Shown piece after piece: positions 38,638 through 52,465 of a stretch of DNA of 61,168 nt. Each line of letters begins with the position of its first letter. Position 1 is the first letter of the stretch. The stretch comes from Xylographa opegraphella. Lineage: Eukaryota. The DNA is taken from positions 62,001-123,168 of the forward strand of contig JALDZX010000059.1 in assembly GCA_022813865.1 (NCBI GenBank), given 5' to 3'. Below the pieces are notes generated by a model. The model saw only the letters and a list, made by a program, of their open reading frames with translations. It did no database searches and was not told the DNA's origin. The position numbers were made by a program, and so were the translations under genes.

Positions 38638-40629
38638 CCACGGATTCAGGGCGTGGCGGGTGTTGTACATATGAAGGGATTCCGAATCAAGGCGTTGAGA
38701 AAAACTTGTTGGAATATAGGGGACTGGTTAGTAGGAATGGAGCAATGGCAAGTCTGGGTGGAAGCTATACTCTTTCGATCGAGATTTCCGATATCATGGA
38801 TTTACTAATCACTGATGCTCGGTGAACTGTTCCTCAAAAAGTCTACGCCATGAACAGCGTTTGGGCTGGGCTCAGTTGTACTATAGCGAAAGTCTACCAG
38901 TTTCGGAGAGAACTAGTAGTTTTCGGTGCAAAGTCACGCCAAGCAGTGTCCATCTGCACGCTGTCTGTTTGATTGCAAGCGACATAAATTAATAACTTTG
39001 AAAGGTGCTGGAATGGGATTTAGAATGCCTTTACAAAGGAACCTTGAGTCGTGTGGCGTTACACGACCACTCATTTCCTGAACCTTGAAATAAATCAATA
39101 AGGCAGCTTTCGTTTGATGAGAGTTACGGTGATTCAGATATGAGCAGTCTTCTTCGCCAAGCTAGTGTCAACTGCATCCCAGACTTCAAAAGCGTACTGA
39201 CGGCCGTGGTGGAAAGTGGCCAAAGAATGATCAACTTGAGACTCGCTGCCTCTTCCACCCTACCAAACAGCTCGTGATTTCGATCATCTGCTTGACTTCT
39301 TTGCATCTTAAGTCATTTCCACGTGTATCGATGAGTGATTCTAATCGACTGGACGTGGCAAGACTGTGTTCCTAGGTCAGACTGTGCAAGTAGACGAGCA
39401 CTGAACGATGCTAGATTAGTAAGCTGATCTGTTTGGTCTTCTCGGTCGAATCAAACGAGAGGCCTCCGTCTATCCTAGTCCAGTCTGCTGGTCTCATTGT
39501 CGAATGAGGCTGATATCATTCCCAACCCCAAGGAGCCTGTAATAAGCACAAAATAGGAAGAGAGAGATCTCGAGTAGATAAAGTAATTCAGGGGGACAAG
39601 TTACCGATTCATCATGCGATCAGGTAAGAACCAGCTCGTGTTGTGTGGTTAGTGCAACCAAAGGGGTAGTAAGAATTTATTATACCTTTTGCTGGAACGG
39701 TGTGCTTACTGACGGGCTGCGTTCACAAGATGTCGACGGTGGAGTTTTGTAGAGAAACATTGGAAGCAAATGAATGGTAGCGTGTGGGTTCTCCGGCTTC
39801 ATAAGCCCCTTTCCGCTGTGTCAATGAAATCGTTCTTCAGGTGCGGAAATCATGCTCATTTAGCCCCCCTGATATGGTGTCCAGCCACAATAACCACCGA
39901 ACGAAAGAAGGCATTAGACAGACGGCCCCATAGAACAGTAGACAAAATGGTGGATTCCGGCCGCCAAATCAATATATACCTCATCGGCCAGGAAGTCCTT
40001 TCTCGGCTTTGGCTTGGATCATGTTTGGGACGGATATTGCTTCAGCACTCTGTATCATGCTTTCGTATTTGGTCGGTGTGCAGCAAACACAGAGTTCCAG
40101 CAGGAAGAACGGAGAGTTTGGCTTCAAGGTTATCGCGCGTGTGTCAACTTCCCTGTCCATTCTAGTATCAAAGGTATCCGGGACCCTAGCAGCTTCGATT
40201 GGGCCAACTCTGAGCTCCTTTGAACGTAGGTGGTTTTCAGCATTTAGTTTAGCCGTATGTATCCATCGATCACAGGATGACAAACAACCCCGCATGGTTG
40301 TGTAGCGAAGCTATTTCGCAAAATCTCCTATCTTCTGGCTCGATGTTATCAACGCAGTAAGGGGTTGTCCCTGGAACTTCAAGTTGACTGGACATGATTG
40401 TTAACTCTGCCAGTACAAGTATCGCTGTAATCCGCTCTCGCATCGAGTCATTAGCAATTCCACGTAATGTGATCCTGGGATCGAAGGGTTAAATAGTAGA
40501 CACGGTCAAAGTCTTAGTAACGCTAGAAATAGCCGATAAAACCATCACGTACTCATCTGGTTGGGTGCCATAGACTGGCCGATCAAGTAGTGGGTTAGAA
40601 TTCAAGGGGTATAACTACAGCTACTTTTG

Positions 40630-43600
40630 TCATGTCGTACCGCCCACTTTATTCAGGCCTTTCAAAGAACCTAAGCTCAGTGCCAATCCTTGAGACCGAC
40701 TTCGAATCCTAACGAAGCCTGTGACTGGTCCATCATCACCTTCCTTCTCTATACTTAAATTTGCAAGTGCATCTTCGCCTGCCGTGCAAGTTAGCAGATA
40801 TGACTATCAGGTCGGATGATTTAAAAAAGGGTCTTAACATACCAAACACACTCCTAGCATACAGATTCGCGCTTAAGAACTGACAGTCGCCTTTCATAGA
40901 TGCTTCCGGTGTCAAGCATGTCATATTCGTGCAGGCCATCAGCTGTGCAAGGAATTCGCGTAGTGATTTCGCTTTCGAGTTGATGTTGACTTTGTTCTCC
41001 CACTCAAACTCTGTCCACATCGTTCGAAAGCGTGTTTCGGTGCAATACGCCGGTTGTATATAATCCATAATGTCAACATGAACATCGTTAAGAATTACCA
41101 CGTTACTTTCTGTAGAACTGGGGCCGTCGTAAACCACATTTCCAAAGATCACACCAGTATCTGTTGACGAGACCTTGATGGTACATTGCACGTTCTGGAA
41201 GTCATGTGCACTCAGGTTTTGTGTGGTGGGCCGCTCAACGACTTTGAGGTCGCCTAGGGTGGCGAATTCAACTGAAAGATTTTGGAGGGTTTCGGTGGTT
41301 TGGTTGACGAGAAGCACATCGAGGACAATATCGAATTGGTGAACCTTGACATATGCTTCAGCGTAGACGGGGTCGGAAAATCCTGTAAGCTGAACCACAC
41401 GGCTGAGTTTGGAGGAAAGATCCTCAACACTTGAGTCACCTCCTGTTGCCTTCTCAAGGTCAAGCTCAATTTCGTCCGCGCCGTCACCCATAGCCTTCTT
41501 CGCTAACTGCCGTATTATTACAACGTCATCGACCTGTATTGCAGAATTGGACTTCTCATCGGCTTCTTTCTCGGCGCGCTTTTGCTCTTCAACTTGAACC
41601 ATGGCACGAAAAGCTTTCCTCGTATCATCCAAGAACACAGTTTCGAGGTCCTTTTTCTGAGCAAACTCGGCAAGCGATCTCACGCAGGACATAATTCGAT
41701 CCACGGAATCTTCGTCGATCGCTGCCTTGACGAACTGTGACTGCCCCACGCGTATTATAGAGATCATAATTAGCATAGCCTCGGCACGTAAGGCGTTTGT
41801 CCGTTCTATATCTTCCGATATTTCCGAGTGTCGCATCACGAGTTTTGTAAGGGTTGAAGATAAGACTGACGCGAGATAGTAATCGCCATCCAGAATGAGC
41901 TGTCTTAAGGGAGGTTTCTGAGCTGCTTTCACAGCTTCCAGCTTGGCATTAGCGGAGGACTCACTGGTGAGAGCACTTTCGGTAGCATATGTGCCATCAG
42001 CGAGCACCTTCCGCGAACCTGTGGGAGCAGTGGGTTTTGCATGCCCGTTCGTCTGTTCCTTGTGTTCGACCTGTTCGTCAGGATCCGTCTCCAGTAGTCG
42101 TTGCTCTGAAGCCACGATTGGAATCTCTCCGAGACTGGCTCTTATTCTCTTCCAAGCTTCCCGGATATCGTTTGCTTCCAAGGAGTACTCACCCACGATC
42201 CACAGAGCACCTCTGTATACTTTGCCAGCCCGGACCTCACTCAGCGTCGATACCAATCGCTCCACAATCGATGATCTCAGCTTCGGGAATTTCTCCACTA
42301 CTTCTTTCACGAATGAGATGACATCAACTGCTGAAGTGGCATTGAAGTCGGCAATGAAATCCATTAACAGATCTACTACAGATGCTGCCACCTCGGAGAA
42401 TTTGATAGCGCATTGATGGATGGCATGAATAAGTAATGATCTATATTCATTATTCTGTAATCAAGTTCTTTAGCAATATGATATACATGTAAGCAGAAGC
42501 CCTCTTACCTTTTCATACTGCTCATCGACCGTTTTTGAGAGTTCTTTTTTCAGCAGCATCACAACTTCCTCCACATTCTTACTTGAGACCATTTCCAGCG
42601 CGATGTGGAGAGATTTTTTCCGAACATCAATATCAGGACTTGAGAGGACGCGTAATATATCCATTGTCAGGTCGTCTAAGACGCCTTCGTTACGCTTACG
42701 GAGCTGATCTACCCGATCAAGGACAATAAGCTTAACGTTATTATCTGCCTCCTTAATGCTCAGCTCAATGAATTTGGTTGCTGCAGCCTTGACTGCAACT
42801 GGATTACTGGTCAGGGAAGTTAGTGACGAAGCAGCCTCGTAGACGACAGTGGTCGCTCCAGCTTCCAGAAGGTCAAATATAAGTCGTAGGTACCGAGCCT
42901 GCAACAAACATTATAAGCAAGTTGAATGACAAGGGGAATAGCTAAAAACCTTGTTCTGCGTGTTTTGAACTGCATCCTTGCGAATGAAATCCAGCTCCAC
43001 AAGTTGTAGTAATTCGTCCGCGTTCGGTATCCCGTCAAATGCACCGCTCAAGTATTCTAACGCTTTCTGGTGGCTGATCGTAGTAAGGGCGGCAAATGCG
43101 TTGCGCTTACAGGTATGATCACTTTCTGTCTCAAGAAAGGACGATATAAGCTCAGGGGCGTCTGGTATGAGTGTTTCCGATAACTGGTATATCGAGGCGA
43201 TTGCGAAGACGGCATTCTTTCGTACGTAGGCATGCCGGTGTTCCAAGCATGATCTAGCAGATGATAGTAATGGTTCGATGAGCTCCGGCTCTCGAAGCTT
43301 GCATAGGAACCGAAGAGTGTTGCCACGAATGTATTCATTAGGGTGTTGAAGATCGTTTCGGATTCCATTGCTGTTGGATATTCAGTCCACAAGTTCGGAA
43401 ACAACTCTCGTTAGATCCGAACGTACCATACGAGAATCATTTCTTGCTTCAGCTTCCCTGCAGCATCAAGCTTCGGACAAATCTCGTAATATAGGTAAAG
43501 CAATTTTTTCAGTGGCTTGCTCTTTGAGGGCATCACAAAGCGTATGATATGCATAAGTAGCAATGGCATCGGATCTCCATTCAGCATTATCGTCAAGATT

Positions 43601-43731
43601 CTTTTCATCGTCTCCACCTTCGACTCATCGGTGCCCTTTTCCAGTTGCGTCTTGAGCTCCTGTGTGGTTGGCTGGTCCGCGGTATTGTCCTGGTGAACAA
43701 TACTGTAAGAATGCTCGAGAAACGACGCCAT
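40630..43731 (-). CDS. SEC26: Coatomer subunit beta (beta-COP), ~6 exons
   Basis: [67 protein letters not shown]...[15 protein letters not shown]. Confidence 0.97.
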
Positions 43732-44174
43732 GGTGATATCGGCCACCCAAGGACAGCTTAGGAGGTATGGAGCTTAGTCGGCTCTGTTTCTATTTCCAAG
43801 TGCTTCTTCGGGACTGAGCGATCTAGGTTATGAGCCCAAAATAAACTCGAGTGAGGGCTGGACCTCCTCATAAGTGAGAAATAAAGAGGCAGACCTTGCG
43901 TAGCGGACCGATTGAATTGAATAGGTGATCGTTTCCAGCGCCTTGGTATTATGTAGGTAGCTTTTCGAAGTTGTGTGGTCCAGATTGGAGACATGTGTTG
44001 CAACCGCCAAGTAAGTTTCGGCGCTAAGCGGGAGCCTGTTTCGGGCCGCTGCAGCCTAGCTAGATACCTTCCACAAGCGAGCGTTTTCAACGTTTTCTCA
44101 GCTATTGCGAAGTATCTCTCCATGTTCCACATAGGAGTTTTCGTGTTCACTATCAATTCCAAAGGTAGACGATA

Positions 44175-44953
44175 ATGGCTGCCTCCAGCGACCCGTTCTA
44201 TGTTCGTTATTAGTATGGAGAAATGAATAGCCCAGGTGCCTGCAGCTGCTGATCTCGTACACACAGCTCGGGACACTCTGGGCGATTTGGTCATGAATTT
44301 CTAGGTTTGTGATAATAGTTCTAATGACTGATCTATGGCTGAAAACCATGCTTCAGAATTCGATTTCCGTGCACTTGGAGATGGCCGTAGTGCTTCCGCA
44401 CGTTACGCCAATCATTCCAACTATCGTAATGATTCACTAATCCGCAAGGAAAGTATGTGTTTCTCCATTATATACTGTGACTATGCTGATCAAGGTTAGT
44501 GTGTGTCAGTTCTCTTCTGATAGCAGAAATCAAGCGGATTATCAAGGAGAGCGAAATCATGAAGTACAGCACTCCATGCAGGTCACTTTCATTGTAACTA
44601 AATTCTCAAGGGAGGACGATTCCAAATGGCCCGAGAAGAATAGAGATGGACGACAAGAGTTGGAGATCAGACTAGGAAATGAGCACATCTCATTCGAGGT
44701 TGCTCAAGCTATTCTGACATCCGTTCTTACCCAACTAATGAGGTTATATAGACAGCAAAGATTGGATCGCTGGTCGACGTCACAGAGTCCGCAGATCCAG
44801 AAGGCCTCCGAGTTTTCTATTATCTCGTACAGGATCTGAAAGCTCTTGTGTTTTCCTTGATATCGCTACACTTTAAGGTCAGTCGTGCCACAATCTGCAA
44901 CGTTGGCAAGGATATGCTAATGTCGAGAAATGACCTAGATCAAGCCGATATGA
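44175..44953 (+). CDS. mago: Mago nashi (exon junction complex core), 7 exons
   Basis: Spliced [30 protein letters not shown]...[17 protein letters not shown]|...EDDSKWP...[18 protein letters not shown]...[25 protein letters not shown]. Confidence 0.96.
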
Positions 44954-45303
44954 GGATTCTTAGAAGCGTGGGATTGGTAGCAAGGTTGATTCGTGGCGTT
45001 CATGCTCTTTGGAGGTTCACAGGTAATTTGCAGTTAGAATGATCTGCTCAGCGAAGTTGCCCATGACTTTCGTTATGTAGCGAGAGGGGTGCGGATAATT
45101 GTAAAGCCGTGGTGATCGACGTTCCCGCGTCTAGGGTATGGCTTCCCCGCCTCAGCCTAGCCTCTTATGATCCTCATAACCACCGCGTTCGAGCAGGTAA
45201 CTCATCAACCTAGGCTCGCCAGCTACTCTGGCTGTCTATTTCCGTGTCACGCAATATATGCATCTTTTCAGTTTCTTTGTGCCCATAGTAGTTACCTGAA
45301 TCG

Positions 45304-46448
45304 ATGCCGACTCCTAGCAACGATACTCGTCAGCTTACCCCTGCTTCAGAGCACGAGCGTTCAAGCCATACAACATGTCCTCCAGAGAGCGGAAGGATTG
45401 AGGAGTGGAGAACTTACGAAGGGAGCCACGGCAGCCAGGATGCTTCAACGAGTCAATCTGAGCAATCACAACCACAACCCGGGCCACTATTAGAAGTTTC
45501 CGAACCAATCGGGCAAGCGGAGAACCGCATTGATCAAGATGCGCAGATGAAAATGGATGATACCGAGCAAGACCTATCGATCATTGAAGGCCAAAGCCCG
45601 GCAAGTACTGCTACCGAAGCGGGCGATGCAGAACCGGGTTCATCGTCGCTACCATCGATAAAACCTGCGGCTTCGGCTTACTCCACGATTTATGAATTTT
45701 CAAACATCAGAGCAAGTACTGGTGTAGCCGATGCGCCTCTATCAAAACTAATTGGCGTTCTAGCAACTTCCTAGTCACACATCCTCGTTCCTTCGCGCTG
45801 GTAGCAAATTTCAAGGATCTCAACAGTCCGATCGACAAATCTATAAGGTCGAAGTCGACATCAAACACGTCGATATGAACGAGTCCTTCCTATGTGGATA
45901 TTTGCGTATTGAAGGTAGTCCGACACGAGTTCTCATCGTTGCATCGACTGACCATAGATTATCTCAAAGGTCTTACGCAGGACCATCCTACACTCACAAC
46001 TTACTTCGAAGGCGAGATCATTGGACCAAAATATACCTTTCAAACCAAACATGATTCTTGGGGCGCCACAGATAAGACAGATATGCAGCACTGGGCACGA
46101 TTTCCGGCGTGGCGCCCCTTGGCGAAGCAAGCGAAGCGGCCGGACTTCCACTACAAGAATTGCGCGCAGCGGGAGAACATCTTCATGAGATGGAAGGAGT
46201 ACTTTCTAGTGCCAGATCATAGAGTTCGGGAAATAATGGGTGCCAGTTTCGAAGGTTTCTACTATATATGTTTCAATCAGGTCGCTGGGAAAGTGAGTGG
46301 CATATACTTCCATGCCAAAAGCGAGAAGTTAGTCCCCATTCCCAACGGAGATTCGTCTGGCTTATTTACAAGCGTCAACAGATATCAGCGGCTTGAGCTG
46401 TCACACGTCGATGACAAGGGCTGCCTGGCTGCGATTGAGTTCCGATGA
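45304..46448 (+). CDS. VID24: Vid24/Gid4 GID-complex substrate receptor, 4 exons, first intron GC-AG
   Basis: SSFLRAGSKFQGSQQS, ESFLCGYLRIEGLT..HPTLTTYFEGEII, FMRWKEYFLVPDHRV..I.GASFEGFYYICF, YQRLEL. Confidence 0.93.
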
Positions 46449-47443
46449 CATGATGAATTTAGCGATGGCGTGTAATGGAGAAAGCATTGGTCTTGTTCGC
46501 TTCACAACGTGACAACGTCTGGTTAGTAGGATTGGTTGGCATCTTTGTGTATAAAAGACAGGCATTCTCTGTCGTACTTTAATGTACAGTCTTATATAAA
46601 CATGCTCTTCTGGCTTCCAAGCATTGCTATTTGAAGCATTATAGGATAACTACAGCTCACCGATAGTCAAGTCGATGTATTTGATGGGATTCTGACAAAG
46701 CACTGACCCAGATGTGAGTGTAGCGAGTGAATGGAATTGCCCTGGCCAATTGATCTTTCACTATTTCGGTGGCTGCAGGTTTTCAAAACGGCAACGGCAT
46801 TGGGATCCTCACGAAAAGCCCTGTATTCGCTTCGAGGTAGCGGAGGGAGGTGCTTCTGCTGATAGACCTTCCTCTTCCACTGCAATTCCAAGGTTCGTAA
46901 TTAGAAAAGACATCAACGATTAAGGGAATGACAGTTTGCGAAGTATTTAGGAATCTTCACAGAATTCTCAGCGAGAATCGACACCAATGCCACAAAGCGA
47001 TGGACACTCCGATTTCGGTGAACGTGGACATCCTTGCCTTATCTGATCCGAAGTGTCATCAATGACCTCAAAGAATGTTTTGGAAAGTTTCAAACAGCTC
47101 ACTAAGCAAGGAGGTACTTGTAGTGTGGTGGAAAGGAGCTTGAGTCTCCTTGATCACTGTAAGCTTCATCTGGGGTGTGTATTTGTTCGTCAAATCTATA
47201 TTTTCGAGAAGGAACTCAGAAGGTCCGTGCAAAGATACCCCGGTTGAAAGCAGGGCCGGTCCGGGGAGGCGAGATGGTTCGAGCTAGCTCTCTCGGCAAC
47301 TAGTGACCGATGACGTGCACTCGTAGCTTTTAGTTCTTCGATTGATCTTCTCACAACGCATCTGATCAAAGATGCAGCTAGGACAAGCAGCACTTCTTCG
47401 ACTCCAAGGCATTACTTCGTGGTTTGGTATGGTTAATGTGCCA

Positions 47444-48758
47444 ATGACGGATCCGCAGCTTTATCTTTTCGGTGGAACTAGGTAAGCTTCGGTTTTATTC
47501 GTTCTATGGGAAAGTACTGTGAGTGTTTTCAGCCTTGATCATTTTTGCCATGAAACTCGATGTATGGTGTATGCCGAACTATATCATAGTGAGTTTGATG
47601 GCTTTCTTTTGAAGGCGAAACCTCTGCGTGAGGCTGTATACGTTGTCTTCTTACTTTGACTTATGCTCTTGACGAGATTGGGAACTCCCAGAGTCTAGAC
47701 ATATCGTATGTTCAGGACTCGTCTCTTTTCAGAGTCCCGTGTCTTTTCCCAAAATCAGAGTTGTCTAGTGTCAACTATATATGTCCCAACTTGTTCTCGA
47801 TGGGGAACTGGATGCTGTGGGACACTAGCGTAAGCTGTGCTTCTATACAGTTCATTTTCAGTCAGCCAATCAGTCCAAATCACAGAGGAGTATAGTATGG
47901 CCATACTTACGAGAGGGGGGCGACTACACTCGGTGCGTTATGCAAGGAAAGTCCACTCAAGGTCCATCTCATCGTGTACAAGTGCATATTCTGCTACCTG
48001 AATGCCGGCATATGTTTTCTTTTTCTTTCTTGCTGTCTCGGTGGACGCTGTTAGTTCTGTAGTTTACTCTGGTGTAGTTCAGCCACTCCTTCGCTCTATC
48101 TTCTGTTCATGTGCAGCACATCGTCTTCTTAGGATCTGTTTTGTGTTTAACTTGTCGCTAATGGTTCTGTAGCCCATGGATAACGCCTTCAGTGAACTGG
48201 ACGGCTGTTGATGACTGTGTTCGTGGTGGCTCATCGCAATCATTTCTCGCTCTGGTCCCAAACTCTACCCACGTTTGCTTCTCTGGAACACTGGACACGA
48301 AGACTTTGGGTGGCGCAGGCTTTGCTTCGCAAACGACGACTGGAGACAAGGTGTGGGATCTCAGTGCGTACGATGGTATTCAGGTCGAAATAATCAAGGG
48401 GCTAGAGAAGATATACACCCTGATCGTCAAAGATGAGGTGCCACAGAGCAAGCGGGACGATGGAAGGGAGAATTCGAGTGTAAATTGGGAGTACGACTTC
48501 AAGATCATAGACAGCAGTATCGGAAGTGGAGAGACTGTGAAAGTCTGGGCGCCCTGGAGCGAGTTCAAAGCGACCTATCGGGGACGAGAAAAGAAGGATG
48601 CAGAGCCGTTAAAGAAGGCAGAGATAAGGAGGTTTAGTCTAATGATGAGAAGCTTCTTTGAGAAGCAGGAAGGATATTTCGAGCTCGTACTTTCATCAAT
48701 TTCTGCAGCACGCAAGGAGATCGTGGGTGCGAGCACTAAATCACAGGAACTACCTTAA
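47444..48758 (+). CDS. CIA30 family (complex I intermediate-associated protein 30-like) protein, 2 exons with a 691-nt intron
   Basis: Exon 1 MTDPQLYLFGGT(S) 47444-47481 with GTAAGC donor. GCTAAT..TAG acceptor at 48172. Exon 2 PW...WTAVDDCVRGGSSQS, LDTKTLGGAGFASQ, FKATYRGR, MMRSFF..QEG.FEL is in frame. Confidence 0.85.
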
Positions 48759-50778
48759 AGCCGCCGCGCAAAATTGTGCGTTTAAGCGCTCCGCCAAGTT
48801 GCGGCTTGTGATGCGGCTGCGGCATGTAAATGATAAAGTGCACAACTTCTCCGATTATGATAATGATAATTGAGTTTTGAAGCCTCTGCCTGTTGGCACT
48901 AATCCAGATAACAACCGGCAACATAGAGGCAAAGAGCCTGAAGGGCTCGTCATGAGCACATGTGGGGACTCGACAATGTCGCACAGCATATAGGGGATGT
49001 GTGATAAGGAATGTATATTTCTAAGTTGGTGTCTCATGCGACGATTGCGTGCCACGAGAAGTCCTTGACGGAGCGAGTGGAGGTATGATCGCCGTGGACG
49101 GCTACGTACAGCCTCGTGGCACAGTAGGACGAGAACGGCAGCTCGAGACAGAACATTAGAAGCCGTACGATTGAAACAAGGTACGAAAGGGAAGAATTGT
49201 GGGGAGCTGTGGAGGGCAGTCGCCGCCGTCGTAGAACGAACTGGCCAGCATTCTCGTGACTGGGCTCAAACTTGGAGAATCCTGTTCCGCGGATGCTCGG
49301 CCTTTGACGTCCTGGTCTCTCCATGGGTAGACACCACTTCAGAAAATCACTGACCCCCATGAGTGCGGTGCGCGACAAGCATCGGTCTGGTGGTTGACTG
49401 AAGTGGAAGGCCGCCCGACCCTCGAATTGACGAGGCGGACAGGCACGTTTGCGACTGGCACCACATGCTCACTTCGGATTCGAGGCGCCAACCGAAATGC
49501 AGCTCGCCGTGCGGTGTGCATCCTCCATCATCTGATTCGGCAAAAGCTGCCAGCTGCGGTGCTTGGACGCGCACACGAAACCAGGATCGGGCGCTTTGTT
49601 AACGTGGTGCTCTACCGTGAAAGGCTGGCTTCGAGGAACAAAGAACAATCGGCGGCTTTAGGGTAAGGACCCGGGAACCAGGATACGGCCGGCTCGTGGC
49701 ACAATGTCGTATAGGGTGGAGGATATCTCGACGACGTTCGGTCGCACCGAGCTCGCCCTCGAGAGGGTGGCGTGCGGACGAGTGGTGGAGATGGCTTGGC
49801 TCCGTTGTCAAATATGTCACAGCCGTGTGCTCTGAGTCGAACCACCGAGCTCATGTCGTATACTTGGGACTGCTTCGGTAGACTACGCAAAGGAGATGAG
49901 CTCGACGAGCATGGTGTGAGTACGGACTGTGGGTTTTGTACCACCCAATGCGATCCACTCGGAGGTCGGTGGCAGATCTGGAGAAACACACCAGCAATGT
50001 AAAGACCACCTTCTGCTTCACACCGACGGCGATGTGATGCGAATGACGCTGCGTCGAGAGATGCAGTCGTACTGGCCAATCACAACCCCTGCCCCCGCTT
50101 TGCCGACATCGTCTCCCGGCTCTGGCTCTGATCCTCCCTTCTCGCCCCTTCGTAGCATCCAAGCTCACGACCTTCGTGCCAGAAGTCAGTCGTCGCCCAC
50201 GGCCGAAGGCCCCTTGAGAGCGTCCCATTTCCCCGCAACAGTCCATAACAGGCTTTCGTCTAGCCCTAGACTAGCAGACATCGTCGCTGGTGATCTGATT
50301 CGCACATCCGTGAGGGATTGTGTCTGGCTTCCTGCATGCATACCAAGAACCGCGCCCACGGCCAACATGCTGATGAGCTCTGGAATGCGTTCGCGTCGTC
50401 TCGGACGAGCTATCCACGAGCGATGGATACATGGTGGACAAGGGTGGCTTCGGGCAAGATGGGCGACTATATGAGGGGATCGCGGTCCCGCGGGTTCGTG
50501 TGCGGTCGTGATTTTCCTGTGTGAATTCTTCTATGAAATTGCCTCATCTGGCTCTCGTCTGCCCTTCCCACTTTGGCCTTCGCCAGGGAGCTCCCCTCTT
50601 TTTGCTGCATCGGTGGAAACGACCAACCTTGCTCGTCCTGCTGCAACCCGCCTCGTCATCCTGCGTGACGCTGCGTCTGCGTTTCCTGCAGGAACCTTGG
50701 GTGCCGCCGATTCCTTAAGGGTCCATATCAGCACCACCTTACTCGAACATCACTGTCGTTTATATTCTGAACACCACC

Positions 50779-52465
50779 ATGGACGTGATGTACGAGAAGC
50801 CAGTCCTGACAGAAGATGGCGTGGCCCCAAAGGTCAGCGTCTCGACGGATGACCTGGGTTCTAAAGGCCACCTTCCCATGGACCCCGAAGCGGAGAAGAA
50901 GGTTGTGAGGAAGTGTGATCTTCATGTGATGCCGATAATATCGCTCTTGTACATGCTATCGTTCGTGGACCGCATCAATATCGGAAATGCACGGATTCAG
51001 GGCCTGGAGAAAAGCCTGAATATGAAGGGGAATAACTACAACATTGCGCTTTTTGTGTTCTTCATCCCTTATATCCTGTTCGAGGTCCCGAGCAATATCA
51101 TCCTACGAAAGGTTGCACCCTCCACCTGGTTGAGCTTTATTATGTTTTGCTGGGGTGAGTTCCCAAGCAGACCTATCCGCGATTGCGACTAAGCACTCGT
51201 TTAGGTGTTGTGACAACCTGTATGGGACTGACGCAAAGCTATGCCGGCTTGGTCGTCTGCAGATTCTTGCTGGGCTTCTTTGAGGCTGGCTTCGTTCCGG
51301 GTGAGCAATGCGCGGATGCATCCATTGGTTCGATCTAACACTTCGCAGGCTGTATCTACCTCATCTCAATGTACTATAAACGTTATGAGCTTCAGTGGAG
51401 AGTCAATCTGTTCTTCTGCGCAAGCATTCTCTCCGGTGCATTCGGTGGAGTAAGCTTTCGAAATTTCCAGTAGGCACCATTGGCTAACTTTTACCCTAGT
51501 TTCTTGCGTATGCCTTAGCTAATATGTCTGGTATTGGTGGATATGAAGGATGGCGCTGGATCTTCATTATCGAAGGCCTCATCACTGTTGTTGTAGCCTG
51601 TTTTGCAAAGTTTTTCGTGGTTGATTGGCCTGAAACAGCCAAGTTCCTGAAGCACGACGAACGCGACATTTTGCTGCGCAGGCTGCAAGAAGACGTTGCT
51701 GAGGCGAGGATGGACCGCCTGGACAAGAAGGCTACACATAGGGTCTTCGGTGATTGGAAAATCTATGTCGGGTATGTATGTTTCCTCTGCACCAGTACCG
51801 TGGCTAATACATATCTTGATAGGACCATCATGTATTTTGGTGTCGTAAACACAGGATATAGTACCTCATTTTTCACCCCGACAATACTTCAGCAGTTGGG
51901 CTGGACCGCCATCCGGGCTCAGGTCTATTCCATCCCCATCTACGTCACTTCAGCCGTCATCACTCTGTTTACAGCCTTCTGTACGGACAGACTCCGCCAT
52001 CGCTACACCTTCACCATCATCGGCGTCTGCGTGGCAACAGTGGGCTATGTTGTCCTCCTCGTCCAACAGAGTGTGCCAGTTGGCGCTCGATACACGGCTG
52101 TGTACTTGATCACCGTCGGCAGCTACATCACGCAGCCCGTCACGCTCGCTTGGCTCAGCAACACCATGGGCGGCCACTACAAACGCTCCATTTCCTCTGC
52201 CGTACAGATCGGCTTGGGCAACTGCGGAGGCATCGTGGCCAGCAACATCTACATCACGACGCAGGCGCCCACCTACCCGGTGGGCTTCGGCGTTAGTCTC
52301 GGCCTCCTCTGGCTCTGCGCCCTCGCTTGCACGGTGTTCGTGGTCGGCCTGCGGATGGAAAACAAGAAGAGGGATCGCGGCGAGAGGGACGATCGCTTCG
52401 CGCTGCCGAAAGACGAGCTGGAAAACCTTGGGGACGATCATCCGAATTTCAGGTACGGGTACTAG
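50779..52465 (+). CDS. MFS transporter, anion:cation symporter (allantoate/nicotinate permease, Dal5/Tna1-like) family, ~5 exons
   Basis: VVRKCDLH, DRINIGNARIQG, EVPSN, RFLLGFFEAG, GWRWIFIIEG, GHYKR, GDDHPNFRY. Confidence 0.93.

Noticed and set aside
38640..40600. Gene in the 2-kb gap between glutaredoxin and beta-COP
   Set aside because: Only short ORFs with no recognisable motif or consistent exon chain.
46450..47440. Minus-strand pseudogene between VID24 and the CIA30-family gene
   Set aside because: Some protein-like fragments but no family motif I can support.
47944..48050. GGAAAGTCC as the RNase P/MRP CR-I motif
   Set aside because: No matching CR-V / P4 partner found downstream; gtccac pairs locally with gtggac.
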